A DNA stretch of 64,000 nucleotides from Reclinomonas americana ATCC 50394 (lineage: Eukaryota): NCBI GenBank assembly GCA_048213135.1, contig PS015009.1:2232001-2296000 (forward strand), written 5' to 3'. Made by a program: the position numbers and the translations under genes. The notes below the pieces were generated by a model that was not told the DNA's origin, did no database searches, and saw nothing but the letters and a program-made list of their open reading frames with translations. Position 1 is the first letter of the stretch; each line of letters opens with the position of its first letter. Of this stretch, positions 1 through 10,377 are shown piece after piece.

Positions 1-815
1 CCCACGATCACGGAGTCGTAATGATCATTGTGTTTGGTCCGTGGCCAGGTGAGTTTTTTGATGGGGAAGAATAACGGGGCATGTACAAGCCAGCCCGCAG
101 CAGCCGGAACAGCCAGCAGTATTTTTTTCAGCAGCGGCACCTTTACCTCAAATGTATTGCGGATGCCTTCTTTGTCCGACGCGTCCTTTTCAATCACCAA
201 CTCTTTCAACTGGTTGCCCAGGTTATTGTTGAACATCACCACGGAACGGCCGTAGGTACCATCCAGTATAACATCTTCACGGGTGATCAGCTGACCAAAA
301 CGGATCTGCATATTCTTACCGAAAGTATGAAAGGAACTGTAGTTGATGCCGGCGGGAAGAACGGTTAAGGGGATGCCATCCTGCCAGCTGCTGATCGCCA
401 GCCGGGCCGTGCCTTTTTTTAAGGGACGCAAATGCCATTCATTGATACATCGCCCTTCACTGAAAATAAGCACAATGCCATTGCGTTTGAAAAGTTCTTT
501 ACAATCGTCGAAGGTTTTGTAATTGTGATCGAGGTTTTCAACGCCTTCACTTACACGATAAACAGGGAACATGTTGAGTGAGCGTAAGAGTTTCGCGTAA
601 AAAGGTTTGCCGAATGCATCACCGCGGGCCAGGGAGTACACTGGTTTGCGGAACAAGGTAGACAGTATGATCGCGTCGAGAAAAGAGTTGGGATGATTGC
701 AGGCGATGAGCAGCGGTCCTTCGTGCTGTAACCACGACCGGTCATTGATCTGCACCGATCTGCAATAGATCAGCAATGCCAGTTTCGCCGGTATTTTCAG
801 GAGGTCGTAAAGCAA
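1..815 (-). CDS. 1-acyl-sn-glycerol-3-phosphate (PlsC-family) acyltransferase, 3' end beyond window
   Basis: Not in the ORF track because it runs off the window edge. Manual translation from TTG at 815 gives MLYDLLKIPAK...LLIACNHPNSFLDAII...FPVYR...LIFSEG...LKKGTARLA, containing the NHxxxxD and F(P/S)EG acyltransferase motifs. Confidence 0.85.
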   Translation of the reverse strand, partial: MLYDLLKIPAKLALLIYCRSVQINDRSWLQHEGPLLIACNHPNSFLDAIILSTLFRKPVYSLARGDAFGKPFYAKLLRSLNMFPVYRVSEGVENLDHNYKTFDDCKELFKRNGIVLIFSEGRCINEWHLRPLKKGTARLAISSWQDGIPLTVLPAGINYSSFHTFGKNMQIRFGQLITREDVILDGTYGRSVVMFNNNLGNQLKELVIEKDASDKEGIRNTFEVKVPLLKKILLAVPAAAGWLVHAPLFFPIKKLTWPRTKHNDHYDSVIV

Positions 816-842
816 ACAGCTTGTTTTTCGGTTGCGGGTGTA

Positions 843-1394
843 TTAATTCAGTTGCGGGTCGATCGGGAAGTTGATCATCATTTCATATTCACCACCCAGT
901 CTTTTTAAACTGTTCTTCCACACATCGCCGTGATGGGTATCAAAGACCAGGTTTCGGGTAGCGTCAACAGTTACCCAGCTTTTTTCTTTCAGTTCACCGG
1001 TCAGCTGGCCTTCTCCCCAGCCGCTGTACCCGATAAAGAATTTTACTTTATTCAGGTCAATGGCATTATTGACGATGAGTTGTGTCAGCACTTCAAAATC
1101 ACCACCCCAGTAAATGCCGTTGCTTACCTCTACAGCGTCGGGCACCATGTCGGGGTACTGGTGAAGGAAATGGATCGTATCCATCTGTACAGGGCCGCCA
1201 TGATAAACCGGTATAGGAAAGCCTTCCAGCGCGCTGATGAGTTCATCGATCGTTTGCTCAAACAGTTTGTTCAGCACAAAACCAAAACTCCCCTGTTCGC
1301 GGTGTTCACAAAGGAAAACCACCGTTCTGCTGAAATTCGGGTCTTTAAGAAAAGGATCTGCTATAAGTAATATGCCGGGTCCTGGTTCAATCAT
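843..1394 (-). CDS. YqgE/AlgH family protein (UPF0301)
   Basis: DPNFSRTVVFLCEH...GFVLNK, GGPV and GYSGWGEGQL motifs; 183 aa. Confidence 0.9.
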   Translation of the reverse strand: MIEPGPGILLIADPFLKDPNFSRTVVFLCEHREQGSFGFVLNKLFEQTIDELISALEGFPIPVYHGGPVQMDTIHFLHQYPDMVPDAVEVSNGIYWGGDFEVLTQLIVNNAIDLNKVKFFIGYSGWGEGQLTGELKEKSWVTVDATRNLVFDTHHGDVWKNSLKRLGGEYEMMINFPIDPQLN

Positions 1395-1495
1395 GAACCT
1401 AATTTAGTATTAATCTTCGAATGTGCCACTTGTATCAGGTTTGTTAAATTTCCCGTTTCAGGAAATTGCCTTATTTTACAGCAGCCTAACCAGCG

Positions 1496-1503
1496 TATTT
1501 TTG
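1496..1503 (+). promoter_or_regulatory. Bacteroidota sigma70 -7 box for the histidine kinase gene
   Basis: TATTTTTG matches TAnnTTTG and lies just upstream of the ATG at 1521. Confidence 0.5.
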
Positions 1504-1520
1504 TATTCATTATTTGCTTG

Positions 1521-2843
1521 ATGAAAAGAATTCTTCCTGTTATCACCATCCTGATCCTGCTCTCCCTTCTCGGGCTGATCTTTTTCCAGTTTCTCTGGAT
1601 CGAGAGTGCCAGGGGGGCGAAGGATAAGCAAATAGAGGAAAGCATCGTTCATGCTATGGCAGAAGCGGCTATAACGCTCACCCAGGACAAATCCTCCATA
1701 CTGCCGATGCCGAAAAAGAACGACTTATTGTTTCCCACCGACCGCTTGCAGACACAGTATTTCCGGCCTTCGGTTATACAGCGTTATTCCCGCGATGAAA
1801 TATACGAGGTCATCCGCCGGGCATTCAATAAAAACAACCTGCAGAACTACCCGTTTGAGTTTGCCGTAACGGTGAACACACTCAATGGGGGACAAATACT
1901 TTCGGAAGGTTTTTACAATCTCTATATCGACTCTGCCAATAATAAAAACCATGTGATCGCACTTGAACCGCAAAGCGGTACTAATTTCGAGAACCTCGTC
2001 AGGGAAGAGTATCTTTCACTTATTGTACCCAACCAGAAACGCATCATCTGGAAAGAGATGGTCTGGTTTATTATCGGCGCTATATTATTTACGCTGATCA
2101 TCACCACGGCCTTCTTCATTACCATACGTACCATGCTCAAACAGAAAAAACTGAGCGAGATCAAGTCTGATTTCATCAACAACATGACGCATGAATTCAA
2201 AACGCCGCTGGCTACTATATCCCTGGCGGTGGATGCACTGAAGAATGAAAAAGTATCGGGCGATAAAGAAAAGACTTCCTATTTCACCGGCATCATCAAG
2301 GAAGAGAACAAGCGCATGAACAAACAGGTGGAAACCATACTGCAGGCGGCTTTGCTGGATAAGCAGGAGGTACAGCTCAACCTGAAAAAGATGCATGCGC
2401 ACGACCTTATTACCAGCGCCCTTAATAACATTACATTACAGGTGGAAGAGAAGCAGGGCAAGCTGGAAGTGGATATGAGCGCTGTTAAAGACAATATACT
2501 GGCGGATGAAGTACACTTTACCAACCTCATCAATAACCTGCTCGACAACGCGGTTAAATATTCCAAGGAAAGCCTCTGCATAAAACTAAGCACCAGCAAT
2601 ACCGGCAACAACCTCAGGATAAAGATCGAAGACAATGGTATTGGTATGAACAAGGAGACCCTGCACCGCATCTTCGAAAAATTCTACAGAGCGCATACCG
2701 GCAACGTACACAATGTAAAAGGTTTTGGTCTTGGGCTGAGTTATGTGAAGACCATGGTAGATGCCCATCATGGCAATATCAAAGCAGAAAGCGTATTGGG
2801 CAAGGGCAGTACTTTCACGCTGATCTTCCCGTTGTCTGTTTAA
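1521..2843 (+). CDS. Membrane sensor histidine kinase (RprX-like)
   Basis: Two TM segments; H-box FINNMTHEFKTPL; N box NLLDNAVKYS; G1 DNGIG; F box FEKFYR; G2 GFGLGL. Confidence 0.92.
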   Translation: MKRILPVITILILLSLLGLIFFQFLWIESARGAKDKQIEESIVHAMAEAAITLTQDKSSILPMPKKNDLLFPTDRLQTQYFRPSVIQRYSRDEIYEVIRRAFNKNNLQNYPFEFAVTVNTLNGGQILSEGFYNLYIDSANNKNHVIALEPQSGTNFENLVREEYLSLIVPNQKRIIWKEMVWFIIGAILFTLIITTAFFITIRTMLKQKKLSEIKSDFINNMTHEFKTPLATISLAVDALKNEKVSGDKEKTSYFTGIIKEENKRMNKQVETILQAALLDKQEVQLNLKKMHAHDLITSALNNITLQVEEKQGKLEVDMSAVKDNILADEVHFTNLINNLLDNAVKYSKESLCIKLSTSNTGNNLRIKIEDNGIGMNKETLHRIFEKFYRAHTGNVHNVKGFGLGLSYVKTMVDAHHGNIKAESVLGKGSTFTLIFPLSV

Positions 2844-3250
2844 CGTTTGGCCAGCGGCACCACCAGTTTCAGCCCGCTCCAGATCTCACTCACCGCACAT
2901 ACTTTCACATCTACCAGGTCATTGGCCAGGGCGAAATGGCGGATACTGTCCTCTGTTATATCCGTAGGTATTTTCGCCGCTTTTTTATACCACGATACCC
3001 ATACCACTACTGATGTATGCTTCCTGCAGATGGGAAGTACTGTTTTCATCCCTTTGATAAATTCCTTCTCGTTCCGGGCAAAAAGATGCACCAATTCTGG
3101 TTTTTCTCTCGCTGCTATGAACTGTTCCGAGAGGTCGGTTTCCATAATTTCCGCGTAGTCAGCCGGCGCATTCAGCACCAGCAGGCGGGTGGTGGGTGTA
3201 ATACCCAGTTTCTTCAGCAAAGGCGTTCCGGAATAACCCGCAGTTGCCAT
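2840..3250 (-). CDS. DUF3052-like protein
   Basis: MATAGYSGTPLLKKLGI...VWVSWYKKAAKIPTDITED...LVDVKVCAVSEIWSGLKLV. The ATG at 3250 is preferred over the longer ORF call. Confidence 0.75.
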   Translation of the reverse strand: MATAGYSGTPLLKKLGITPTTRLLVLNAPADYAEIMETDLSEQFIAAREKPELVHLFARNEKEFIKGMKTVLPICRKHTSVVVWVSWYKKAAKIPTDITEDSIRHFALANDLVDVKVCAVSEIWSGLKLVVPLAKR

Positions 3251-3284
3251 TTTTCGGCTTTTTACTTTTGAATTTTGCTTTACA

Positions 3285-3443
3285 CCCCCGTAATCCACCG
3301 CAATTCACATCTTTCCACAGTTAATCCACAGCAAATATGCACAAAAATGCCTCAAAATGGCGCCCCTTGCCAGCTTTGACCTGTGGAAAAAAATCTTTAT
3401 CCGAAAAATGTCCGGAAAGTGGGAAAAAGTGTTATTTTGTGGT
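3285..3443. promoter_or_regulatory. Putative MraZ-binding GTGG repeats at about 10-bp phasing, in two opposite orientations
   Basis: Plus strand: GTGGG 3419, GTGTT 3429, GTGGT 3439. Opposite orientation: CCCC/CCAC/TCAC/CCAC/CCAC at 3285/3295/3305/3315/3326. Confidence 0.6.
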
Positions 3444-3477
3444 AATATCTGTTTAAAATAGGCATAAATACCTGACA

Positions 3478-3936
3478 ATGATTGGTTTTCTCGGTGAATA
3501 TGAAGCTACGCTCGATGCCAAAGGGCGCTTCCTGTTGCCGGCGGGCTTTAAAAAGCAACTGCCGGAGACCGGGTCAAACGTCTTTGTCATCAACCGGGGC
3601 TTCGAGAAATGTCTCAGCCTGTACCCGCTGCAAAGCTGGGAGCCTATTTTTTCCGAGATCAGCAAACTGAATGATTTTGACCCTAAAGTTCGGGAATTCC
3701 GCCGGTACTTTTTAAATGGTGCCACGCAATTGGAGCTCGACACGGCCGGAAGGCTGTTGTTGCCGAAGAACTTAACGGAACATGCGGGGCTGGAGAAAGA
3801 CATCGTGCTGGTTTCGGCAGTCAACAAAATTGAGATCTGGGATAAAAGTAAGTATACACAGTTCTTTGAAACCTTTACACCGCAGGCTTTCAGCGAGCTG
3901 GCGAACGAGGTAATGAATAAAAAAACGGACGGGTAA
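3478..3936 (+). CDS. mraZ: Division/cell wall cluster transcriptional repressor MraZ
   Basis: FLGEYEATLDAKGRFLLP and LDTAGRLLLP (DxxGR) repeats; first gene of the dcw cluster. Confidence 0.97.
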   Translation: MIGFLGEYEATLDAKGRFLLPAGFKKQLPETGSNVFVINRGFEKCLSLYPLQSWEPIFSEISKLNDFDPKVREFRRYFLNGATQLELDTAGRLLLPKNLTEHAGLEKDIVLVSAVNKIEIWDKSKYTQFFETFTPQAFSELANEVMNKKTDG

Positions 3937-3957
3937 TCACCGCAACAGCCGATCTGT

Positions 3958-4911
3958 ATGAAAGACAGGGACCAGTCATCACCGGTTAACGACAATACCG
4001 AAAACGGTAATGGCTACCATGTCCCGGTACTGCTGAAGGAAACTGTCGGCAGTTTACAGATACGCCCGGAAGGCAGTTATGTCGATTGCACTTTCGGAGG
4101 CGGGGGTCACAGCCGTGCGATTTTGCAACAGCTCGGCCCAACAGGCAGGCTGATCGCGTTTGACCAGGATGCCGACGCGGCGAAGAATCTCCCCGACGAT
4201 GAGCGGGTGCTCTTCATCCCGCAGAACTTTCGTCATATCGGTCGTTTCCTCAAACTGCATAAGATAACCGCAGTAGACGGCATCATGGCCGACCTGGGCG
4301 TTTCGAGTCACCAGTTTGACGAGGCGGGCCGTGGATTCTCCACCCGTTTCGATGCTGAACTGGATATGCGGATGGACCAGCGCCAGGGCATCACGGCAGC
4401 GCAGGTACTGCAACAGTTCAGTGAACAGCAATTGCATAAAATGCTGGAGCAGTACGGCGAAGTAACGAATGCCCGAACCCTCGCCAGGACCATCGTTGAA
4501 CAGAGAGCTGTTATGCAGATCCGTACCATCAATGAATTTAAACAAGCCATACAGGCGGTTGTAAAAGGTAATCCCCAAAAATACTTTGCCCAGGTATTCC
4601 AGGCGCTGCGAATAGAAGTGAATGAAGAACTGACTGTGTTGAAAGAGCTATTGCAGCAAACTCCAGCTTTATTAAAACCAGGCGGCCGTTTATCGATCAT
4701 CACCTTCCACTCACTGGAAGACAGGATCGTAAAGCATTTCTTCCGCGAAGGCAGTTTCGGTGAAACGGAACCAGACGATCTCTATGGAAGAAAGAACGAG
4801 AGCCCCTTCACGGTCATTACCAAAAAGCCAATCCTGCCTGCTGCAGAGGAACAAAAACTAAACCCAAGGTCGAGAAGCGCCAAATTAAGAGTGGCGGAAA
4901 AGAAAGCATAA
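3958..4911 (+). CDS. rsmH: 16S rRNA m4C1402 methyltransferase RsmH
   Basis: HVPVLL, DCTFGGGGHS, DLGVSSHQ, FHSLEDR and NPRSRSAKLR motifs. Confidence 0.97.
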   Translation: MKDRDQSSPVNDNTENGNGYHVPVLLKETVGSLQIRPEGSYVDCTFGGGGHSRAILQQLGPTGRLIAFDQDADAAKNLPDDERVLFIPQNFRHIGRFLKLHKITAVDGIMADLGVSSHQFDEAGRGFSTRFDAELDMRMDQRQGITAAQVLQQFSEQQLHKMLEQYGEVTNARTLARTIVEQRAVMQIRTINEFKQAIQAVVKGNPQKYFAQVFQALRIEVNEELTVLKELLQQTPALLKPGGRLSIITFHSLEDRIVKHFFREGSFGETEPDDLYGRKNESPFTVITKKPILPAAEEQKLNPRSRSAKLRVAEKKA

Positions 4912-5288
4912 TGTTTTCGTGTATTGATATACGTGAGTATGACAGAAGAAAAAAAGATACGCAACCAACACAGCAACCGGCTCAGAAGCCGGACTGGAAA
5001 AAACTGCTCAGTCATAAATGGGTGGTGAAGAACATTCCTTTCTTTCTCTTCCTGGCTTTGCTGGCCGTGATCTACATCTATAACGGTCACTATGCCGACA
5101 AGCAGGTAAGAAAGATAAGTGTAATGGAAAAAAGGATAAAAGAACTGGAATATGAATATAAAACCGTGAAGAGTGAAGTGATATTTCGCAGTAAGGCCAG
5201 CGAACTGGTAAGAGCTGTGGAGCCTCTGGGGTTAAAAGAACTGACAACCCCGCCGATGGTACTCGGTGATACCAGTACAAACAAGTAA
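4911..5288 (+). CDS. ftsL: FtsL-like cell division protein; the true start may be ATG 4939 with a 1-nt homopolymer deletion
   Basis: Single TM followed by a coiled coil (IKELEYEYKTVKSE); located between rsmH and the PBP gene. Confidence 0.8.
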   Translation: MFSCIDIREYDRRKKDTQPTQQPAQKPDWKKLLSHKWVVKNIPFFLFLALLAVIYIYNGHYADKQVRKISVMEKRIKELEYEYKTVKSEVIFRSKASELVRAVEPLGLKELTTPPMVLGDTSTNK

Positions 5289-5302
5289 GAACAAGGCAAA
5301 CA

Positions 5303-7432
5303 TTGGATATAAAGAAAGACATATTGTGGAGGGTCTATCTCTGTTTTATAGGGATGATCGCACTGGGCCTGGTAGTGCTGGGTAAGGCTTTCTATATACA
5401 GCGGGTGGAAGGAAGCTTCTGGATCAGCATGGGCAATAACCTGCATCTGAAGTATCTGCCTATCGAACCCGAACGCGGCACCATCTACAGTGAAGATGGC
5501 AACATGCTCAGTACATCGGTTCCCATCTTTGATGTATACATCGACTTTGGAGCCGAAGGATTGAGGGAAAAGAACGGGAAGCGTTTCCGCGATAATATCG
5601 ATTCGCTCAGCCTCTCACTGGCTAATCTCTTTGGAGACAAAACGGCGGATGCCTATAAAAAACAACTGCAGCTGGCGTATAAGAACAAAGACCGGTACTA
5701 TACCCTCAGGAAAAAAATATCATTTGATGAATACAAGGCGCTGCGTGACTTCCCGCTGGTAAAACAGGGACGTAATAAAAGCGGTTTTATCATCGATCCG
5801 CGTGACAAACGTATCAATCCTTATGTATTGCTGGCCAACAGGACGATCGGTCTTTCCCGCGACGACTCTACCAAAAATGTGGGTCTTGAAAAAACATACG
5901 ACAGCCTGCTGCGTGGTACAAGTGGTCAGCGCCTGGTTCGTTACATCGCCGGGGCTTATATGCCCGTAGAAGGCGCCGAACTGGAACCTGAAAATGGAAA
6001 GGACATCATCTGCACCATCGACACCTATATGCAGGATGTAACCGAAAGCGCACTGATGAAGATGCTGGCAGGTAACAATTCTGTACACGGTACTGCGATT
6101 GTGATGGAAACCGCCACAGGTAAGATCAAAGCCATTGCCAACCTGGGTAAGCAGCCGGATGGCTCCTATGCCGAAGACCTTAACTATGGTATTGGCAAGG
6201 CCACCGAACCTGGGTCCATCTTCAAACTTGCTACACTGCTGAGTCTTATCGATGACAAGTATGTTACGATGAACAGTATGGTGGACTGCGAGGGCGGCGT
6301 AAAAAGTTTTTATGGCCTGCGTATTAAAGACTCACACCTGGGTGCTGGTAACGTAACGGTAAAGCAGGCGTTCCTGGCGAGCAGCAACGTGGCTTTTGCG
6401 AAACTGGTTGACCAGTATTACAGGAGTAATCCCAGGCAGTTTACGGATAACCTTCACCGTTACCGGCTGGATACACTGACCGGTGTGGATATTGTCGCTT
6501 CTTCCGCAAGGCCAACTATCTATAAGCCCGGAAGCCGCTACTGGCATGGGACTTCGCTGCCCTATATGGCGCATGGTTACGGCGAACTCGTAACACCACT
6601 GCACATGCTGATGCTGTATAATGCTGTAGCCAACAATGGTAAGATGATGAAGCCTTACCTCGTGAGCGCTATCCGTGAATATGGCGTTGATGTAAAAAAG
6701 ATAGAGCCACAGGTATTGGTGGAAAAGATCTGCAGCGATGAAACCCTGGTGCAGGTGAAAGAATGTCTCAGGGCTGTAGTGGACAGCCTGCATGGTACGG
6801 CGCATAAAATTGTTTTCGACAGCGCTTATGCCATCGCCGGTAAAACAGGTACAGCCGTTAGTGCGCTTAACAACAAAGGATATAATAAAGGCAATAAAAT
6901 ATACCAGGCTTCTTTCATTGGTTATTTCCCGGCAGAACAACCGAAATATACCATTGCCGTAGTGATACAAAACAGCCGCGAATCAAAACTGGTATATGGC
7001 GCCGATGTATCGGGCCGGGTGTTCAAAGAGATCAGCGACAGGATATATGGCAGCGCGCTGAGTAAAAAGAAATTCATGGCTTCGCCGAAACGCGACAGCA
7101 CACAATATAACTACTATGGTATGACCAATGACCTGAACTCGATTTTCGGGTTATTGAAAATACCATTTGTAGACTCTGCCAAAGGTGGTGTATGGAGATC
7201 GGTGCAAATGGTAAACAACAACGGGACCATGCAGCTGCCATCAGGAGGTATACAAACAGCGTCAACCATTACGCCGAATGTGGTGGGTATGGGGTTGAAA
7301 GACGCGGTTTACCTGCTGGAAAACATGGGCCTGAAAGTAACGGTAACGGGCAGGGGGCGTGTACTGAACCAGTCGCTGGCAGCGGGATCGCCATTTAAAA
7401 AGTCACAGAACATTTCATTGATATTGAACTGA
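5303..7432 (+). CDS. ftsI: Penicillin-binding protein FtsI (PBP3) with C-terminal PASTA domain
   Basis: RGTIY, EPGSIFK (SxxK), SSN, KTGT motifs; PASTA segment PNVVGMGLKDA; TTG start. Confidence 0.93.
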   Translation: MDIKKDILWRVYLCFIGMIALGLVVLGKAFYIQRVEGSFWISMGNNLHLKYLPIEPERGTIYSEDGNMLSTSVPIFDVYIDFGAEGLREKNGKRFRDNIDSLSLSLANLFGDKTADAYKKQLQLAYKNKDRYYTLRKKISFDEYKALRDFPLVKQGRNKSGFIIDPRDKRINPYVLLANRTIGLSRDDSTKNVGLEKTYDSLLRGTSGQRLVRYIAGAYMPVEGAELEPENGKDIICTIDTYMQDVTESALMKMLAGNNSVHGTAIVMETATGKIKAIANLGKQPDGSYAEDLNYGIGKATEPGSIFKLATLLSLIDDKYVTMNSMVDCEGGVKSFYGLRIKDSHLGAGNVTVKQAFLASSNVAFAKLVDQYYRSNPRQFTDNLHRYRLDTLTGVDIVASSARPTIYKPGSRYWHGTSLPYMAHGYGELVTPLHMLMLYNAVANNGKMMKPYLVSAIREYGVDVKKIEPQVLVEKICSDETLVQVKECLRAVVDSLHGTAHKIVFDSAYAIAGKTGTAVSALNNKGYNKGNKIYQASFIGYFPAEQPKYTIAVVIQNSRESKLVYGADVSGRVFKEISDRIYGSALSKKKFMASPKRDSTQYNYYGMTNDLNSIFGLLKIPFVDSAKGGVWRSVQMVNNNGTMQLPSGGIQTASTITPNVVGMGLKDAVYLLENMGLKVTVTGRGRVLNQSLAAGSPFKKSQNISLILN

Positions 7433-8892
7433 TGTTAAACGACATCCTCTATACGGTACATATTCGCTCGGTGAAGGGTAACACCGCCATCGAAGTGAAG
7501 GACCTCGTGATCGACTCACGAAAGGTCTCGGCCGGGTCGTGTTTTATCGCGATCAGGGGAGTGGCGGCCGATGGCCACGCTTATATCGAAAAAGCGGTTG
7601 AAAGCGGAGCGGTTGCTGTGATCTGTGATACACTTCCCGGAACGCTTCATGAGCAGGTAACCTATGTACAGGTAGATAACACACACACCGCCGCAGGCAT
7701 TATCGCTCATAATTTCTTTGGCAAACCCAGCACAGCCCTGCAACTGGTGGGTGTTACAGGAACGAATGGTAAAACCACCATTGCTACCCTGCTCTGGAAA
7801 TTGTTTACTGCCATGGGGTATACCTGCGGACTGGTGAGCACCGTGGAGAACAGGATCGGCACAGCTGTCATCCCTGCAACACATACCACGCCTGACGCGG
7901 TTAGCCTGAATGCGCTGCTGAAACAAATGAAAGATGCCGGTTGTGGATATGTATTCATGGAGTGCAGCAGTCATGCGATTCACCAGGGACGCATCAGCGG
8001 GTTGCAATTCGCCGGTGCTCTGTTCAGCAACATCACGCATGACCATCTTGATTATCACAAGACTTTCGACGAATACATCCGGGTAAAAAAATCATGGTTC
8101 GATGCGTTACCCTCCACGGCGTTCGCCATCAGCAATGCCGATGATAAACGGGGTACGGTAATGCTGCAGAATACCGCCGCGAAAAAATATTTCTACAGCC
8201 TGCGCACCCTCGCCGATTTCAAAGGAAAGATACTCGATAACAGTTTGTCGGGCCTGCATATGATGGTCAATGACCAGGAAGTGTATTTCCGCCTCATTGG
8301 CGAGTTCAATGCCTACAACCTGCTGGCGGTATACGGAGCAGCGGTTTGCCTGGGCCAGGATAAAGAACAGGTGTTGCAGTTGCTGAGCGCATCAGACGGA
8401 GCGGAAGGCCGCTTTGAATACACAGTGAGCACCAACGATAAAGTAATCGGAATTGTGGACTACGCCCATACCCCCGATGCTTTACTGAATGTGCTGGCCA
8501 CCATAAAAAAATTACGCCTGGGTCATGAGCAGATCATTACGGTAGTAGGCTGTGGTGGTGACCGCGATAAGACCAAACGCCCGGTGATGGCTGAGGTTGC
8601 CTGTGAGTACAGCGATAAAGTGATACTGACTTCCGACAATCCCAGGAGCGAAGATCCGCTGGATATTTTAAAGGATATGGAAGCAGGTGTGAATGTGGTA
8701 GCCCGCCGTAAAGTGATCTCCATTGCCGACAGGAAGGAAGCCATTAAAACGGCAGTTAACCTGGCGGCGAAAGAGGACATCGTACTGGTAGCGGGAAAGG
8801 GACATGAAAAATACCAGGAGATCAAAGGTGTAAAATATGATTTTGATGATAAGCAGGTACTGAATGAAATGTTTGGCCTGCTGGAAAAATAA
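7432..8892 (+). CDS. murE: UDP-MurNAc-tripeptide synthetase (meso-DAP ligase) MurE
   Basis: GVTGTNGKTT, HTTPD, HDHLDYH, DYAHTPD and DNPR (DAP specificity) motifs. Confidence 0.97.
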   Translation: MLNDILYTVHIRSVKGNTAIEVKDLVIDSRKVSAGSCFIAIRGVAADGHAYIEKAVESGAVAVICDTLPGTLHEQVTYVQVDNTHTAAGIIAHNFFGKPSTALQLVGVTGTNGKTTIATLLWKLFTAMGYTCGLVSTVENRIGTAVIPATHTTPDAVSLNALLKQMKDAGCGYVFMECSSHAIHQGRISGLQFAGALFSNITHDHLDYHKTFDEYIRVKKSWFDALPSTAFAISNADDKRGTVMLQNTAAKKYFYSLRTLADFKGKILDNSLSGLHMMVNDQEVYFRLIGEFNAYNLLAVYGAAVCLGQDKEQVLQLLSASDGAEGRFEYTVSTNDKVIGIVDYAHTPDALLNVLATIKKLRLGHEQIITVVGCGGDRDKTKRPVMAEVACEYSDKVILTSDNPRSEDPLDILKDMEAGVNVVARRKVISIADRKEAIKTAVNLAAKEDIVLVAGKGHEKYQEIKGVKYDFDDKQVLNEMFGLLEK

Positions 8893-8917
8893 AGCTGTAA
8901 AAGCGTAAACCAACTAT

Positions 8918-10219
8918 ATGTTCTATCACTTTTTTGAATGGCTTACAAAGGAGGGATTCAGTTTCCCCGGAAGTAACCTCTGGAAGTTCACAACTTTCCG
9001 GGTGTTACTGGCAATGCTGTTGTCGCTGGTGATAACAACGGTGTATGGTAAACGGCTCATCAACTTTTTACGCACCAAACAACTGGGAGAAAGTGTACGT
9101 GATCTTGGACTTGCAGGTGAACAACAGAAGAAGGGAACGCCAACCATGGGCGGTATCATCATCATACTGGCGATCATCATCCCTACTTTATTATTTGCCA
9201 ACCTCGAAAAAGTATACATCAGGCTGATGCTGCTTTGCACTGTTTGGCTGGGCGCTATTGGTTTTATTGATGACTATCTCAAGATCAGGTCCAAACGCAG
9301 GGCGCTGGCACAGGGAGCGGAATACAAAAAGAAAGACAGTGACGGTTTGGCCGGAAGATTTAAAATATTCGGGCAGGTGATGCTGGGTATTATCGTAGGC
9401 GCAACCCTGTACTTCAACCAGAGCGTAGTGGTGAAAAGAGAATTTACACCTGAAAAAGCGCCGGTATTCGGGCCAAAAGAAAAACAAACAAATGCGAAAA
9501 TAGATACTGTGATAATTGATTGTAAAGAGCACTATTATGTTTCCGTAAAAACGCCTATCACCACCATCCCTTTCGTGAAGTCACATGAGTTCAATTATGC
9601 TAAACTGCTGCCATTAGGCTGGAGGGACTTTACTTATATCCTGTACATCATCATCGTCATATTCATGGTAACAGCGGTCAGTAACGGCGCCAATATCACC
9701 GACGGTTTGGATGGCCTGGCGACGGGGGTCAGTGCGGTCATTGGTATCTGTTTGGGCATATTCGCCTATGTGAGTGGTAATATCAAATTCGCAGAGTACC
9801 TCAATATCATGTACATACCCAACCTGAGTGAACTGTCCATATTTATTGCGGCGTTTGTGGGGGCCTGTATTGGCTTCCTCTGGTACAATGCATACCCGGC
9901 GCAGGTGTTCATGGGAGACACGGGTAGCCTGGCACTGGGCGGTATCATCGCGGCGCTGGCCATTATCGTAAGAAAAGAATTACTCATACCTATTTTCTGT
10001 TTTGTATTCCTGGTAGAGAACCTGAGCGTAGTGATACAGGTGAGTTACTTCAAATACACGAAGCGAAAGTATGGTGAAGGCAGGCGTATCTTCCTGATGA
10101 GCCCGCTGCACCACCATTACCAGAAGAAAGGGTATCATGAAAGTAAAATAGCGGTCCGTTTCTGGATCGTGACCATATTAAGTGTAGTGATGGCTATTGT
10201 GACATTAAAACTGAGATAA
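8918..10219 (+). CDS. mraY: Phospho-MurNAc-pentapeptide transferase MraY
   Basis: [31 protein letters not shown] and PLHHHY motifs. Confidence 0.97.
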   Translation: MFYHFFEWLTKEGFSFPGSNLWKFTTFRVLLAMLLSLVITTVYGKRLINFLRTKQLGESVRDLGLAGEQQKKGTPTMGGIIIILAIIIPTLLFANLEKVYIRLMLLCTVWLGAIGFIDDYLKIRSKRRALAQGAEYKKKDSDGLAGRFKIFGQVMLGIIVGATLYFNQSVVVKREFTPEKAPVFGPKEKQTNAKIDTVIIDCKEHYYVSVKTPITTIPFVKSHEFNYAKLLPLGWRDFTYILYIIIVIFMVTAVSNGANITDGLDGLATGVSAVIGICLGIFAYVSGNIKFAEYLNIMYIPNLSELSIFIAAFVGACIGFLWYNAYPAQVFMGDTGSLALGGIIAALAIIVRKELLIPIFCFVFLVENLSVVIQVSYFKYTKRKYGEGRRIFLMSPLHHHYQKKGYHESKIAVRFWIVTILSVVMAIVTLKLR

Positions 10220-10377
10220 AGATTTTATTGGAAAACCCCAACCCGGAGCTGTCCAGAGCGGCAACGGTATTTTTTCAATCTGATCGCACCCTTGAAAGCC
10301 TGACCTGTTAAATTCTATGCTGTTGAAAAACCCTTTTTAATGTATCCCCTGGGGTGCATATTAACGATGATGTGATT

